From Planctomycetota bacterium (GTDB lineage: Bacteria > Planctomycetota > UBA1135 > UBA2386), in the NCBI GenBank assembly GCA_046290465.1, contig JBKAGP010000001.1, forward strand, positions 5,152,001-5,216,000: 64,000 bases of DNA, in the 5' to 3' direction. Numbering within the stretch: the stretch's first letter is position 1; every line of letters begins with the position of its first letter. Below, in pieces: positions 41,019-51,209 of the stretch. The notes under the pieces were generated by a model, which was given only the letters and a program-made list of their open reading frames with translations, had not been told where the DNA came from and made no database searches. A program made the position numbers and the translations under genes.

Positions 41019-41798
41019 CTATCGGCCGGATGCCGGGCCGGTCTGTCCCCGGTCCTGAGGAAGCACGCGCAGGTCCGCGATCAGCGGGATGTGGTCGGAC
41101 GCCGTGCGCGATCCGCGGCTGCGGGCCCGGTGCAGCGAGCCGAGTTCGCAGCCGCCGCGTACGAACACCGAGTCGAGGGCGCGCACGGGCGCCCACGCCG
41201 GGAACGTGCGCGGCGCCCGCCGCGGCCCGCGGAAGCCCTCGGGGACCAGCAGGCGCTTGCCGAGGTTGCCGAGCACGTCGTTGAAGTCGCCGGCGACGAC
41301 CACCGGGGTGTCCCGGTGGACGTGGGTCAGCTTCGGGTGCGCCAGCAGCTGGCGCAGTTGCTCGCGGCGTTCGCGCTCGCTGAGGCCGAGGTGGGCGTTG
41401 AACGCGTGCAGGGTGCGGCTGTGCCCGTCCGGCAGCGCCAGCCGGACCTCCGCGTGCAGCACGCTGCGGGGCTTGCGACCCGGGCGGGTCAGGTCGACGT
41501 TCTCGGTCGTCGTCAGCGGATGGTGGCTGAGGATCGCGTTGCCGTACTCGCCGCGCTTGGGACCGAAGCGAACGTTCACGAAGAAGCTGCGGTGGCGCAT
41601 GCCGAGCGCGTCGCCGAGCACGTCGACCTGGCGCTCGCGCTGGTACCAGCTGCCGTTCTGCGATACCTCCTGCAGCAGCACGAGGTCGGGTCGTTGTGCG
41701 GCGAGCACCGCTGCGATGCGCACAGGGTCGTAGCGACGATCGAGGCCGCCTACGCACTTGTGGATGTTCCAGCTGATCAGTCGGACGTCTAGTGGCAA
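41019..41798 (-). CDS. Endonuclease/exonuclease/phosphatase (EEP) family protein
   Basis: SWNIHK, LLQEV, GNAILS, AGDFND, LDSVF, ASDHIP; TTG start is inferred. Confidence 0.88.
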   Translation of the reverse strand: MPLDVRLISWNIHKCVGGLDRRYDPVRIAAVLAAQRPDLVLLQEVSQNGSWYQRERQVDVLGDALGMRHRSFFVNVRFGPKRGEYGNAILSHHPLTTTENVDLTRPGRKPRSVLHAEVRLALPDGHSRTLHAFNAHLGLSERERREQLRQLLAHPKLTHVHRDTPVVVAGDFNDVLGNLGKRLLVPEGFRGPRRAPRTFPAWAPVRALDSVFVRGGCELGSLHRARSRGSRTASDHIPLIADLRVLPQDRGQTGPASGR

Positions 41799-42430
41799 CA
41801 GCTCGCTCCGGACAGGCCGGTGATTCCTCGCCAGATCAGCATACCGGCGGCGAGCAGCATCGCGACACGCTGCAGCCACTGCAGCGTGCGCGGTCCGAAG
41901 CGCGCGGCGAGGCGACCGGCCTGGGTCTGCGCGAGCAGCAGCAGCGGCAGCGAGCCGAGCGCGAAGCCGAGCATCACGACGCTGCCCGCGACCGGTGAGC
42001 CGGCGACCGCGGCACCGGCGAACGCGGCCCATAGCAGGCCGCACGGCAGCAGCGGCGTGAACGCGCCGAGCACGCAGGCACGCGTCGTCGTCGACCAGGT
42101 TCTGGTCTTCGACATCGCGCGCTGCAGCATCGAACCGAGGCCGGGGATGTTGAGCGCGCCGCGTTCGCCGAGGGTCGCGAGCACGATCAGTCCGGCGGCG
42201 AGCACGAACGCGACGTAGGCCGTCGGTGTGCCCAACTCGCTGCTGCCGAGTGCGGCGCCGATCCCGCCGAGTGCGAAGCCGACCATCGCGTACGAACTCG
42301 TCCTGCCGAGTTGGTAGGTGACCGCACCCTTCGCTCCGCCTTGGAACGCGAGCGCGAGCGGTCCGCACATGCATGCGCAGTGCAGCGAGTTCGCGAAGCC
42401 GAAGACGAAACTTTCGAGCAAGGGTGTCAT
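41789..42430 (-). CDS. cbb3-associated DsbD_2 / TauE-SafE-like membrane protein
   Basis: SLHCACMCGP, YQLGR, LLPCGLLW, FALGSLP; divergent from ccoI. Confidence 0.85.
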   Translation of the reverse strand: MTPLLESFVFGFANSLHCACMCGPLALAFQGGAKGAVTYQLGRTSSYAMVGFALGGIGAALGSSELGTPTAYVAFVLAAGLIVLATLGERGALNIPGLGSMLQRAMSKTRTWSTTTRACVLGAFTPLLPCGLLWAAFAGAAVAGSPVAGSVVMLGFALGSLPLLLLAQTQAGRLAARFGPRTLQWLQRVAMLLAAGMLIWRGITGLSGASCCH

Positions 42431-42439
42431 TGCGAATGC

Positions 42440-44875
42440 ATGGGACGCCAGTGGGTGCTCTCTGACGAACGCAGCGGGCGCGCCCGCATTTCGCCGAGTG
42501 TCGCGAGCAGCAAGGGGAACGAGGCGACGCGCTGTAAGCACTGCGGCTTACCGGTTCCCGGCGAGCGACGTAGTTCGCCGTTCTGTTGTGCGGGGTGCGA
42601 AGCCGTGCACGGCCTGTTGGCCGAAGAAGGGCTGACGCGCTTCTACGATCTCGGCGGCAACGCGACCGGCGCGGTCGGCGCGGTGCCGCGTGTGCCTACG
42701 TTCGATTGGCTCGACGAATACGAACAACGGCACGCAGGCGGCGATCACGCGCGCTTCGTGCTCGACGTGCAAGGCATCCGCTGCGCAGCGTGCGTCTGGC
42801 TGCTGCGCGCGATCTGGGATCGCATCGACGGCGGCACGCTGCTGCACGTCTCGCCGTCGCTCGGCCAGGTGACCATCGCCTACCGCCGCAGCAGCGGCAC
42901 CGGCCGCGCCTTCCTCGAGATGGCGGCGCGGCTCGGCTACCCGATGGCGCCGCCATCGCGAACGGCTGCGCGCGACACCGGCCTGCTGGTCCGCCTCGGC
43001 ATCAGCGCGGCCGTCGCCATGAACGCGATGATCCTCGCGGTCAGCCTCTACTTCGGCCTCGACGCGGCGGCCGCCGGCGCCAGCGACGCGACGCTGCGCT
43101 CGCTGTTCGGTTGGGTGCTGCTCGGCCTCGGCACGGTCAGCGTCGTCGTCGGCGGCCCGGTGTTCTTCCGCGCGGCGCTCGCCGGCGTGCGCGCCGGCGT
43201 CGTGCACATGGACCTGCCGATCTCGCTCGGCATCCTGCTCGCCTACGTCGGCTCGGTGCACGGCCAGCTGACCGGTGGCGCGACCTACTTCGACACGCTG
43301 GCGATCTTCGTCGCGTTCATGCTCGGCGGCCGGTTCCTGCAGCAGCGCACGCTGGCCAAGAACCGCGACCAGGTGCTCGCCGACGACGGCGCCGAACACC
43401 TGCGCGCGCGCCGCGTGCGGCAGGGCGAGGTGCAGCTGACGCCGATCCAGAAGCTGGCGGTCGGCGACGAATTGCTGCTGGCGCCCGGCGACCTGGTGCC
43501 GACCCGGTGCGAACTGCTCGACGACGCGGGCGCGTTCTCGCTCGACTGGATCAACGGCGAGAGCGAACCGCGCGCGTTCGCCGCCGGCGAAGCCGTGCCG
43601 GCCGGTGCGTTCCACACCGGGCGCAGCGCGACGCGGGCGCGCGTCACCGCCGACTACCACGCCTCGGGCCTCGCCGCGCTGCTCAGCCAGGAGCCGATCG
43701 ACCGCGAGGACACGCGTGGCCGGGTGCGGTTCTGGCAACGGCTCAACCGCTACTACGCGATCGGCGTGCTGGTCGCGGCGGCGCTCGGCGCGGGCGTGTG
43801 GGCGCTGCTCGACCCGGCCCGGTCGATCCCCGTCGCCGTCGCGGTGCTGGTCGTGACCTGCCCGTGCGCGATGGGCATCGCCACGCCGCTGGCCTTCCAC
43901 CTGGCGCTGGCGCGGCTTCGCCGCCGCGGCGTGTTCGTGCGCACCCGCAGCCTGCTCGACAAGGTGCGGGTGCTGCGGCACGTGGTGTTCGACAAGACCG
44001 GCACGCTGACGTTCGGCGGCCTGAGCGCGCGGGCGCGCTGCGACGTGCCGCAACACGCGCTGCCGGTGCTGGCTTCGATGACCGCGTCGAGCAACCACCC
44101 GGTCAGCCAGGCGGTGCTCGCGTCGCTGCCGTCGGCGCCGATCCTCGACGGCATCGAGGTCGTCGAGCACGTCGGCGAAGGTCTTCAAGCGCGCTACGCC
44201 GGGGCCACCTGGCGGTTCGGCTCGCACCGCTTCGCCGGCGTCGCGGCGCCGGCCGGCGATCGACGCGAGGTCGTGCTGACCAGGAACGGCGAGCCGGTCG
44301 CGACGTTCGAACTCGACGAGGACTATCGCAGCGGCGTGCGCGACGAACTCGCGGCGCTGCAGCACCGCGGCCTCGACGTGCAGCTGATGTCGGGAGATCG
44401 CGCCGACCGCGTCGCCGACGCGGCCACAACGCTCGGCATCCCGGCCGACCGTGCCCGCGGCGGCATGTCGCCGCAGGACAAGGCCGACGCGGTCGCCGCG
44501 CTCGATCGCGACGACACGCTGATGGTCGGCGACGGCCTCAACGACGCGCCGGCGTTCCAGCAGGCCTGGTGCGCCGGCACGCCGGCGATGGATCGCCCGG
44601 TGCTGCCCGCGCGCGCGGACTTCTGCTTCCGCGGCGCGCAGGCGGGCGCGGTCGCGTCGCTGCTCGACGTCGCCGACCAGCACGCCCGCGTCGTGCGCGC
44701 CAACCTCACGATGGCCCTCGTCTACAACGCGAGCGTGCTGTCGCTCAGCTTCGCCGGCCTGATGACGCCGCTGCTCTGCGCGGTGCTGATGCCGGTCAGT
44801 TCGGTCGCGCTGGTGCTGCACACCAGCGTGCGCATGCAGCGGGCCCGGCCCGCGGCCCGAGGGGGCAATCGATGA
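42440..44875 (+). CDS. ccoI: cbb3 assembly P1B-type Cu ATPase (CcoI/FixI)
   Basis: CKHCG and FCCAGC metal site, CAAC HMA domain, VTCPCA, DKTGT, GDGLND; start uncertain. Confidence 0.9.
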   Translation: MGRQWVLSDERSGRARISPSVASSKGNEATRCKHCGLPVPGERRSSPFCCAGCEAVHGLLAEEGLTRFYDLGGNATGAVGAVPRVPTFDWLDEYEQRHAGGDHARFVLDVQGIRCAACVWLLRAIWDRIDGGTLLHVSPSLGQVTIAYRRSSGTGRAFLEMAARLGYPMAPPSRTAARDTGLLVRLGISAAVAMNAMILAVSLYFGLDAAAAGASDATLRSLFGWVLLGLGTVSVVVGGPVFFRAALAGVRAGVVHMDLPISLGILLAYVGSVHGQLTGGATYFDTLAIFVAFMLGGRFLQQRTLAKNRDQVLADDGAEHLRARRVRQGEVQLTPIQKLAVGDELLLAPGDLVPTRCELLDDAGAFSLDWINGESEPRAFAAGEAVPAGAFHTGRSATRARVTADYHASGLAALLSQEPIDREDTRGRVRFWQRLNRYYAIGVLVAAALGAGVWALLDPARSIPVAVAVLVVTCPCAMGIATPLAFHLALARLRRRGVFVRTRSLLDKVRVLRHVVFDKTGTLTFGGLSARARCDVPQHALPVLASMTASSNHPVSQAVLASLPSAPILDGIEVVEHVGEGLQARYAGATWRFGSHRFAGVAAPAGDRREVVLTRNGEPVATFELDEDYRSGVRDELAALQHRGLDVQLMSGDRADRVADAATTLGIPADRARGGMSPQDKADAVAALDRDDTLMVGDGLNDAPAFQQAWCAGTPAMDRPVLPARADFCFRGAQAGAVASLLDVADQHARVVRANLTMALVYNASVLSLSFAGLMTPLLCAVLMPVSSVALVLHTSVRMQRARPAARGGNR

Positions 44876-45066
44876 GCATCATCCCGGCACTACTGCTGTG
44901 CAGCCTGGCCCTCGTGATCGGCTCGATCGTGCTGTTCGTGTTCAGCGCGAAGCAGGGCGACTGCCACGAGTCCGACCGTCTCTGCCTGATGCCGCTCGAG
45001 GACGACACCGACGTCGCCGAGCCGCAGGCCAACGCAAACCAAACCACTCCTCCCTCCAACCACTAG
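44872..45066 (+). CDS. ccoS: cbb3 oxidase maturation protein CcoS/FixS
   Basis: 64 aa, one TM helix then KQGD; lies between ccoI and ccoN; ATGA overlap. Confidence 0.75.
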   Translation: MSIIPALLLCSLALVIGSIVLFVFSAKQGDCHESDRLCLMPLEDDTDVAEPQANANQTTPPSNH

Positions 45067-45070
45067 TTCC

Positions 45071-47467
45071 ATGGAAGTAGCAACCACTACCGAGACCCGG
45101 CGCATCACGTACGACGACGGTGTCGTGCGCGGTTTCGTCTGGGCCAGCGTCGCCTGGGGCGCGGTCGGCCTGCTCGTCGGCCTGATCATCGCGCTCCAGC
45201 TGAGCTTTCCGCAGCTCAACCTCGACACGTCGTTCACGACGTTCGGCCGTCTGCGTCCGCTGCACACCAACGCGGTGATCTTCGCGCTGGTCGGCAACAT
45301 GATGTTCGCGGGCATCTACTACAGCTCGCAGCGGCTGCTGAAGACGCGGATGGCGTCGGACCTGCTGAGCAAGGTGCACCTGTGGGGATGGCAGCTGATC
45401 ATCCTCGGCGCGGCGGTGACGCTGCCGCTCGGCATCACGCAGTCGAAGGAATACGCCGAACTCGAGTGGTTCCTGGACGTCGCGGTGGCGCTCGTCTGGG
45501 TCGCGTTCGCGATCAACTTCTTCTGGACGCTCGCGATCCGCAACGAGAAGAACCTCTACGTCAGCATCTGGTTCTACATCTCGACGATCCTGACGATCGC
45601 GGTGCTCTACATCGTCAACAACCTGTCGCTGCCGGTGACGGGCACCAAGAGCTACGGCGTGTTCTCGGGCGCGCAGGATGCGCTGACGCAGTGGTGGTAT
45701 GGCCACAACGCGGTCGCGTTCTTCCTGACGACGCCGATCCTCGGGATCATGTATTACTTCCTGCCCAAGGCAGCCGACCGGCCGGTGTTCAGCTACCGCC
45801 TGTCGATCGTGCACTTCTGGGCGCTGGTGTTCATCTACATCTGGGCCGGCCCGCACCACCTGCTCAACACCGCGCTGCCCGACTGGGCGCAGTCGCTCGG
45901 CATGCTGTTCAGCCTGATGCTGTGGGCGCCGTCGTGGGGCGGCATGCTCAACGGCCTGCTGACGCTGCGTGGCGCCTGGCACAAGGTGCGCACCGATCCG
46001 GTGCTCAAGTTCTTCGTCGCCGGCGTGACCTTCTACGGCATGGCGACGTTCGAAGGGCCGCTGCTGTCGATCAAGGCGGTCAGCGCGCTCGGCCACTACA
46101 CCGACTGGATCATCGGCCACGTGCACTCGGGTGCGCTCGGCTGGAACGGCTTCATGGCGGCGGGCATGTTCTACTGGTTGGTTCCGAAGCTGTTCGGCAC
46201 CAAGCTGCACAGCACCAAGATGGCCGACGCGCACTTCTGGCTCGGCATGGTGGGGATCCTGCTCTACGTCGCCTCGATGTGGATCAGCGGCATCAGCCAG
46301 GGGCTGATGTGGCGCGCGGAGACCGCCGACGGCGGCCTGCAGTACCCCGAGTGGAACCCGATCATCAACAGCCAGCAGCTGATGTACCTGGCCCGCAGCA
46401 TCGGCGGCGGCCTGTTCGTGGTCGGCTGGTTGCTGATGTTCTACAACCTGATCGTCACCGCGATGAAGGGCAAGGCGGTCGACGTCGAGACCGAGGTTGC
46501 CGTCGTCGACACCAGGCCGGTCGCCGGCACGCCGGGCACGATGGGCCTGCTGTTCAGCCGTCCGGTCGTGCTCTGCGCGCTGGGCATGGTCGCGGCGACG
46601 ATGTTCGCCGGCCCCAACGTCGGCCTGGCCGTGCTGGGCCTGATCCTGCTGCTGGCGGTCGTCGGGTTCGCCGCGGCGATGCTGTTCGGCTCGCTCGGCA
46701 AGGGCAAGCACGGCTGGCACGACATCATCGAGTCGCGCCCGCTGGCGTTCAGCGTGCTGACGCTGGTCGCGGTGCTGGTCGGTGGCCTGTTCGAGCTGCT
46801 GCCGGGCCTGATCACCGACAAGAAGGTGCCGTATGCGGCCAACGGCGAGATCGCCGTGAAGCCCTACACGCCGCTCGAGCTGACCGGTCGCGACATCTAC
46901 GTGCGCGAGGGCTGCTACGTGTGCCACTCGCAGATGATCCGCCCGTTCCGCAGCGAGCAGCTGCGCTACGGCGCGCCGAGCCGCATCGAGGAGTCGATGT
47001 GGGACCACCCGTTCCAGTGGGGCAGCAAGCGCACCGGGCCGGACCTGGCGCGGGTCGGCACCAAGCGCAACGAGGCGTGGCACTGGGACCACATGTTCGA
47101 TCCGCGCTACGGCGCCGACTACGTGCTGGGTGAGAGCCAGTCGATCATGCCGGCCTGTCCGTGGCTCTACACGGACAAGGCCGAGCCGGCCATCGCCACC
47201 GACAAGATGGCGGTGCTGAAGCGGCTGGGCACGCCGTACAGCGACGAAGAGGTCGCCGGCGCCGAGGATGCCTACCGCAGGCAGGCGGCGCAGGTGATCG
47301 CCAACCTCGCCAAGGACGGCAAGACCAACGTCGTGCTGAAGGACGGCACGAAGGTCGACGCAGATCCGGAGTCGGAGATCGTCGCCCTGATCGCATACCT
47401 GATGCGGCTCGGCCGCAACCTCGAACCGACCGACTACAAGGCGGTCGAGATCCAAGGAGGCAAGTGA
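45071..47467 (+). CDS. ccoN: cbb3-type cytochrome c oxidase, fused subunits I/II (CcoNO)
   Basis: GRLRPLHTN, WWYGHNAV, WAGPHH, GHVH; then EGCYVCHSQMIRP and WGSKRTGPDLAR of CcoO. Confidence 0.96.
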   Translation: MEVATTTETRRITYDDGVVRGFVWASVAWGAVGLLVGLIIALQLSFPQLNLDTSFTTFGRLRPLHTNAVIFALVGNMMFAGIYYSSQRLLKTRMASDLLSKVHLWGWQLIILGAAVTLPLGITQSKEYAELEWFLDVAVALVWVAFAINFFWTLAIRNEKNLYVSIWFYISTILTIAVLYIVNNLSLPVTGTKSYGVFSGAQDALTQWWYGHNAVAFFLTTPILGIMYYFLPKAADRPVFSYRLSIVHFWALVFIYIWAGPHHLLNTALPDWAQSLGMLFSLMLWAPSWGGMLNGLLTLRGAWHKVRTDPVLKFFVAGVTFYGMATFEGPLLSIKAVSALGHYTDWIIGHVHSGALGWNGFMAAGMFYWLVPKLFGTKLHSTKMADAHFWLGMVGILLYVASMWISGISQGLMWRAETADGGLQYPEWNPIINSQQLMYLARSIGGGLFVVGWLLMFYNLIVTAMKGKAVDVETEVAVVDTRPVAGTPGTMGLLFSRPVVLCALGMVAATMFAGPNVGLAVLGLILLLAVVGFAAAMLFGSLGKGKHGWHDIIESRPLAFSVLTLVAVLVGGLFELLPGLITDKKVPYAANGEIAVKPYTPLELTGRDIYVREGCYVCHSQMIRPFRSEQLRYGAPSRIEESMWDHPFQWGSKRTGPDLARVGTKRNEAWHWDHMFDPRYGADYVLGESQSIMPACPWLYTDKAEPAIATDKMAVLKRLGTPYSDEEVAGAEDAYRRQAAQVIANLAKDGKTNVVLKDGTKVDADPESEIVALIAYLMRLGRNLEPTDYKAVEIQGGK

Positions 47468-47649
47468 TGTTGAAGGAGTTCCTGAACGCGGTGTCGTGGT
47501 TCGACCTGCCGCTGATCTCGACGGCGTTGTTCGTCGCGATCTTTCTCGCCGTGCTGATCCGCGTCTGCCAGAAGGCGCGGCGGCCGGAATACGACCGCAT
47601 GGCCTCGCTGCCGCTCGAAGACGGCGCGATCGTCAAGGAGGACAACTAG
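47467..47649 (+). CDS. ccoQ: cbb3 oxidase subunit CcoQ
   Basis: 60 aa, single TM helix, YDRMASLPLED. Confidence 0.8.
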   Translation: MLKEFLNAVSWFDLPLISTALFVAIFLAVLIRVCQKARRPEYDRMASLPLEDGAIVKEDN

Positions 47650-47651
47650 TC

Positions 47652-48206
47652 ATGGCTGCGGAAGTTCGCGAGCACACGTTCGACGGCATCCAGGAGTTCG
47701 ACAACCGGCTGCCCAACTGGTGGCTGTGGACGTTCTACCTGGCCTGCATCTTCTCGGTCGGCTACTGGGTGCACTACCACACGCTCGGCACCGGGGACCT
47801 GCCGATCGAGGCATACCACGTCGAGCAGCAGGCTGCGGCCAAGGCGCTCGAAGAACGCCTGGCCAAGAACCCGATCACCGACGAGTCGCTGCTGGAGCTG
47901 GCCGCCAACCCCGCGTTCGTCGAGGAGGGCAAGGCCATCTTCACCAACCCGAAGCTGTGCGCGCAGTGCCACAACGCCGACGGCAGCGGCAACATCGGCC
48001 CCAACCTGACCGACGAGTTCTGGATCTACGGCGGCAAGCCGATGGACGTCTACACGACGATCATGGAAGGGCGGCCGGGCGGCATGGCGTCGTACAAGGC
48101 CAACGGCCTCGGCTTCGTGCAGCGCGCGACCGCCTACGTGCTGTCGATCAAGAACACCAAGGTGCCCGGCAAGGCACCGGAAGAGAACGCCAAGAAGGAG
48201 CAATAA
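47652..48206 (+). CDS. ccoP: cbb3 oxidase subunit III (short, mono-heme CcoP)
   Basis: HTFDGIQEFDNRLPNWW, a single CAQCH, GPNLTDEFWIYG. Confidence 0.92.
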   Translation: MAAEVREHTFDGIQEFDNRLPNWWLWTFYLACIFSVGYWVHYHTLGTGDLPIEAYHVEQQAAAKALEERLAKNPITDESLLELAANPAFVEEGKAIFTNPKLCAQCHNADGSGNIGPNLTDEFWIYGGKPMDVYTTIMEGRPGGMASYKANGLGFVQRATAYVLSIKNTKVPGKAPEENAKKEQ

Positions 48207-48233
48207 GCCCGCTTCGCGCGGCGTTGCACGACC

Positions 48234-49679
48234 ATGAGCGAGACCGTTCCTCCGCAGGACGATTCGGTGCAGAAGCCGATCGTGCAGCGCAACAAGAAGG
48301 TCGTGCGTCGTCCCGACGTCGACACCTTGTTCAGCATCAACGAGGATGGATCGCGAAACGTGATCCACCCCGCGGACGTCAAGGGGCGGTTCCAGCGCAT
48401 CAAGAACGCGCTGTGGGTCGTGCTGATCGGCGTCTACCTGGCGTTGCCGTGGATCAAGATCGACGGCAACCCGGCGTTCCTGATCGACGTCGACGCGCGC
48501 CACTTCTACCTGTTCGGCTTCACGTTCAACGCGCAGGACTTCTGGCTCGCGTTCTTCTTCGTGACCGGGCTCGGCTTCACGCTGTTCGTGGTCGCCGCGC
48601 TGTTCGGGCGCATGTGGTGCGGCTACGCGTGCCCGCAGACGGTGTTCCTCGAGGGCGTGTTCCGCAAGATCGAACGGTGGATCGAGGGCAACGCGCACGC
48701 CCGCGCAAAGCTCGACAAGGGCAGCGTCCGGCAGAAGCTGTTCCGTCGCGGCCTCAAGATGGTCGTGTTCTTCCTGATCGCCGCGCTGATCGCGCACTCG
48801 TTCGTCGGCTACTTCATGCCGGTCGAGGTGCTGCTCGAGGCGGTCACGTCGTCCCCGGGCAAGCACCCGACGGCGTTCGGGTTCGTGCTGGTCGCGACGC
48901 TGCTGATGTTCGTCAACTTCACCTGGTTCCGCGAGCAGCTGTGCATCGTCATCTGCCCGTACGGCCGTCTGCAGGGCGCGCTGTACGATCCGGACACGGT
49001 GCTGGTCGGCTACGACCAGCAGCGCGGCGAGCCGCGCGGGCCGGCCGGCAGCAGCGGTGCGGGGGACTGCGTCGACTGCTACCGCTGCGTCGCGGTCTGC
49101 CCGACCGGGATCGACATCCGCAACGGCACCCAGCTCGAGTGCGTCGGCTGCGCCAACTGCATCGACGCGTGTGACGACGTGATGGGCAAGCTCGGCCGCG
49201 ACAAGGGGCTGGTTCGCTACGACAGCCAGCGCGGCTTCGAGACCGGCAAGCGGCGGTTCCTGCGCGCGCGCGTGCTGATGTACGTGGTGCTGCTGCTGCT
49301 CGGGGTGTCGATGTTCACGCTGGCGCTGACGCGGCGGCGGCCGTTCGAAGCCGAACTGCAGCGCTCCGGTGGTCGTCCGTACGTGGTCGAGGGCGACCGC
49401 GTGCACAACGTGTTCAACCTGCAGCTGATCAACAAGCGGCCGGGTGGCCGCAGCTTCGCGATCGAAGCGGTCGGCCCCGAGTTCGCCGAGACGGTGATCG
49501 CGGTGCAGCAGGTCGACCTCGGCTCGCTCGAGTCGCGGCGCGTGCCGGTGCACGTGTTCGTGCCGCTCGAGCAGTTCCGCGCCGGCCTGCGCAGTGAGCT
49601 GCGGGTGGTCTGCGACGATCCCGACGGCGAACTCGAGCGGATCGCCACCGCGCCGATCCTGGGGCCGAGCTCCCGCTGA
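48234..49679 (+). CDS. ccoG: cbb3 oxidase accessory ferredoxin-like protein CcoG
   Basis: GRMWCGYACPQTVF, CPYGRLQ, CVDCYRCVAVCPTGIDIR, CVGCANCIDAC. Confidence 0.95.
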   Translation: MSETVPPQDDSVQKPIVQRNKKVVRRPDVDTLFSINEDGSRNVIHPADVKGRFQRIKNALWVVLIGVYLALPWIKIDGNPAFLIDVDARHFYLFGFTFNAQDFWLAFFFVTGLGFTLFVVAALFGRMWCGYACPQTVFLEGVFRKIERWIEGNAHARAKLDKGSVRQKLFRRGLKMVVFFLIAALIAHSFVGYFMPVEVLLEAVTSSPGKHPTAFGFVLVATLLMFVNFTWFREQLCIVICPYGRLQGALYDPDTVLVGYDQQRGEPRGPAGSSGAGDCVDCYRCVAVCPTGIDIRNGTQLECVGCANCIDACDDVMGKLGRDKGLVRYDSQRGFETGKRRFLRARVLMYVVLLLLGVSMFTLALTRRRPFEAELQRSGGRPYVVEGDRVHNVFNLQLINKRPGGRSFAIEAVGPEFAETVIAVQQVDLGSLESRRVPVHVFVPLEQFRAGLRSELRVVCDDPDGELERIATAPILGPSSR

Positions 49680-49727
49680 GCCCTTCCGGATGCTCCGACT
49701 GTCGGAGCCCCTCTCGTTGCGAGCCCC

Positions 49728-51065
49728 TTACTCGTTCGGGGCGAGCGGCAGCCAGACCACGAACGCCGCCCCGGATTCGGGTTCGCTGTCGACGCGGATC
49801 GTGCCGCCGTAGCCCTCGATGATGCTGCGGCTGATCGACAGGCCGAGGCCGGTGCCGCCGCGCGCGCGCTTGGTCGTCACGAACGGCTCGAAGATGCGGT
49901 CGCGCACCACCGGGTCGATGCCCGGACCGTTGTCGGAGACGGTCATCTGCACGCCGTGCATGCGACGCTCGGCTTGGATCGCGACCTGGCGACGCCGGCT
50001 GCTGTCCTGCTGCACCAGGATGTCCTTGGCGTTGATCATCAGGTTGAGCAGCACCTGCTGCACCTTCTGCGGGCGCGCGTAGACGTTGGGCAGGTCCTCG
50101 GAGACGTCGAGGTCGAGGTGGATGCCGTGGCGCTTCCAACTCTCGCCGATCAGGCTCATGGTGCGAGCGACGACCTCGGCCAGCGACGTCGGCTGCGCCT
50201 GGTCGCGGTCGTCGCGCGCGAACTGCAGCAGCGCCCGCACGATGTCGGCGATGCGTTCGCCCTCCTCGATGATGATGCGGCCGTTGTGCTCCGGTTCGTC
50301 GCCGTCCTGGATCAACTGCGCGCAGTTGATCATCGTGTTGATCGGGTTGTTGATCTCGTGCGCCACGCCGGCGGCGAGCTCGCCGACCGCGGCCAGCCGC
50401 TCGGACTGCGCCAGCTTGGACTGCAGTTCCTTGCGTTCGCTGACGTCGCGGATGACCGCCGTGAAGAACGGGCGTCCGTCCATCGAGCCTTCGCCGACCG
50501 ACAGGTCGATCGGGAACTCGGCACCGTCCTTGCGCAGACCGGTCACCTCGCGGCCGATGCCGATGATGCGTCGCTCGCCGGTGCGCAGGTAGCGTTCGAG
50601 GTAGCCGTCGTGCTCGCCCCGGTAGGGTTCGGGCATCAGTATCTTGACGTTCTGGCCGATCAGCTCGGCGCGTCCGTAACCGAACAGCTCGAGCGCGGCG
50701 TCGTTGACGGTCTCGACGTGGCCGCGGGCGTCGATCGTGACGATGCCCTCGGTCGCCGTGTCGACGATCGCGCGCCACGCCTCGACGTGCTTGGCGGCGG
50801 TCGCCAGCGCGTGCTCGCGCTCGCGCTCGGCGGCCCAGGTGGCGGCCTCGACCGATCGCTCGGCCAGCGAACGGCACCGCGGTCGCAGCACCGCGAGCGT
50901 CGTCAGGGCGGTGGCCGCGGTGACCGCTGCCGAGGTCGCCAGTCCGGCCGGCAGCAGCACGGCTGCTACCCAGCAGCCGACCGCCGCCGCGGTGATCCCC
51001 AGGTCGATCGAGCGGGCCCGTGCGCGGGCATGCTCCGAGAACCGGTGGGGAGGTTGTTCCGACAT
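49728..51065 (-). CDS. FixL-like heme-PAS sensor histidine kinase
   Basis: Two N-terminal TM helices; PAS LMPEPYRGEHDGYLERY...IIGIGREV (FixL-type proximal His); AHEINNP H-box, N/G boxes. Confidence 0.88.
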   Translation of the reverse strand: MSEQPPHRFSEHARARARSIDLGITAAAVGCWVAAVLLPAGLATSAAVTAATALTTLAVLRPRCRSLAERSVEAATWAAEREREHALATAAKHVEAWRAIVDTATEGIVTIDARGHVETVNDAALELFGYGRAELIGQNVKILMPEPYRGEHDGYLERYLRTGERRIIGIGREVTGLRKDGAEFPIDLSVGEGSMDGRPFFTAVIRDVSERKELQSKLAQSERLAAVGELAAGVAHEINNPINTMINCAQLIQDGDEPEHNGRIIIEEGERIADIVRALLQFARDDRDQAQPTSLAEVVARTMSLIGESWKRHGIHLDLDVSEDLPNVYARPQKVQQVLLNLMINAKDILVQQDSSRRRQVAIQAERRMHGVQMTVSDNGPGIDPVVRDRIFEPFVTTKRARGGTGLGLSISRSIIEGYGGTIRVDSEPESGAAFVVWLPLAPNE

Positions 51066-51209
51066 GTCGTTTTCCCTAACGGTTCGGGCGGTTGCGTTCC
51101 ACATACGACTAAGGGCCCGGGCTGCTTTCGCACGATGCCTTAGAGCGGGGTCTCGGGCAGCGGGTATGAATGAACGTGCCGCACGACTCGAGTGCGTGGC
51201 AAACGGCAT

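Noticed and set aside
42431..42540. FNR/FixK box for the cco cluster
   Set aside because: No TTGAT-N4-ATCAA-like site seen in the divergent region
51076..51102. ECF-like GGAAC...CGTTAG upstream of the FixL-like kinase
   Set aside because: The 14-nt spacer is shorter than usual for ECF promoters; insufficient support
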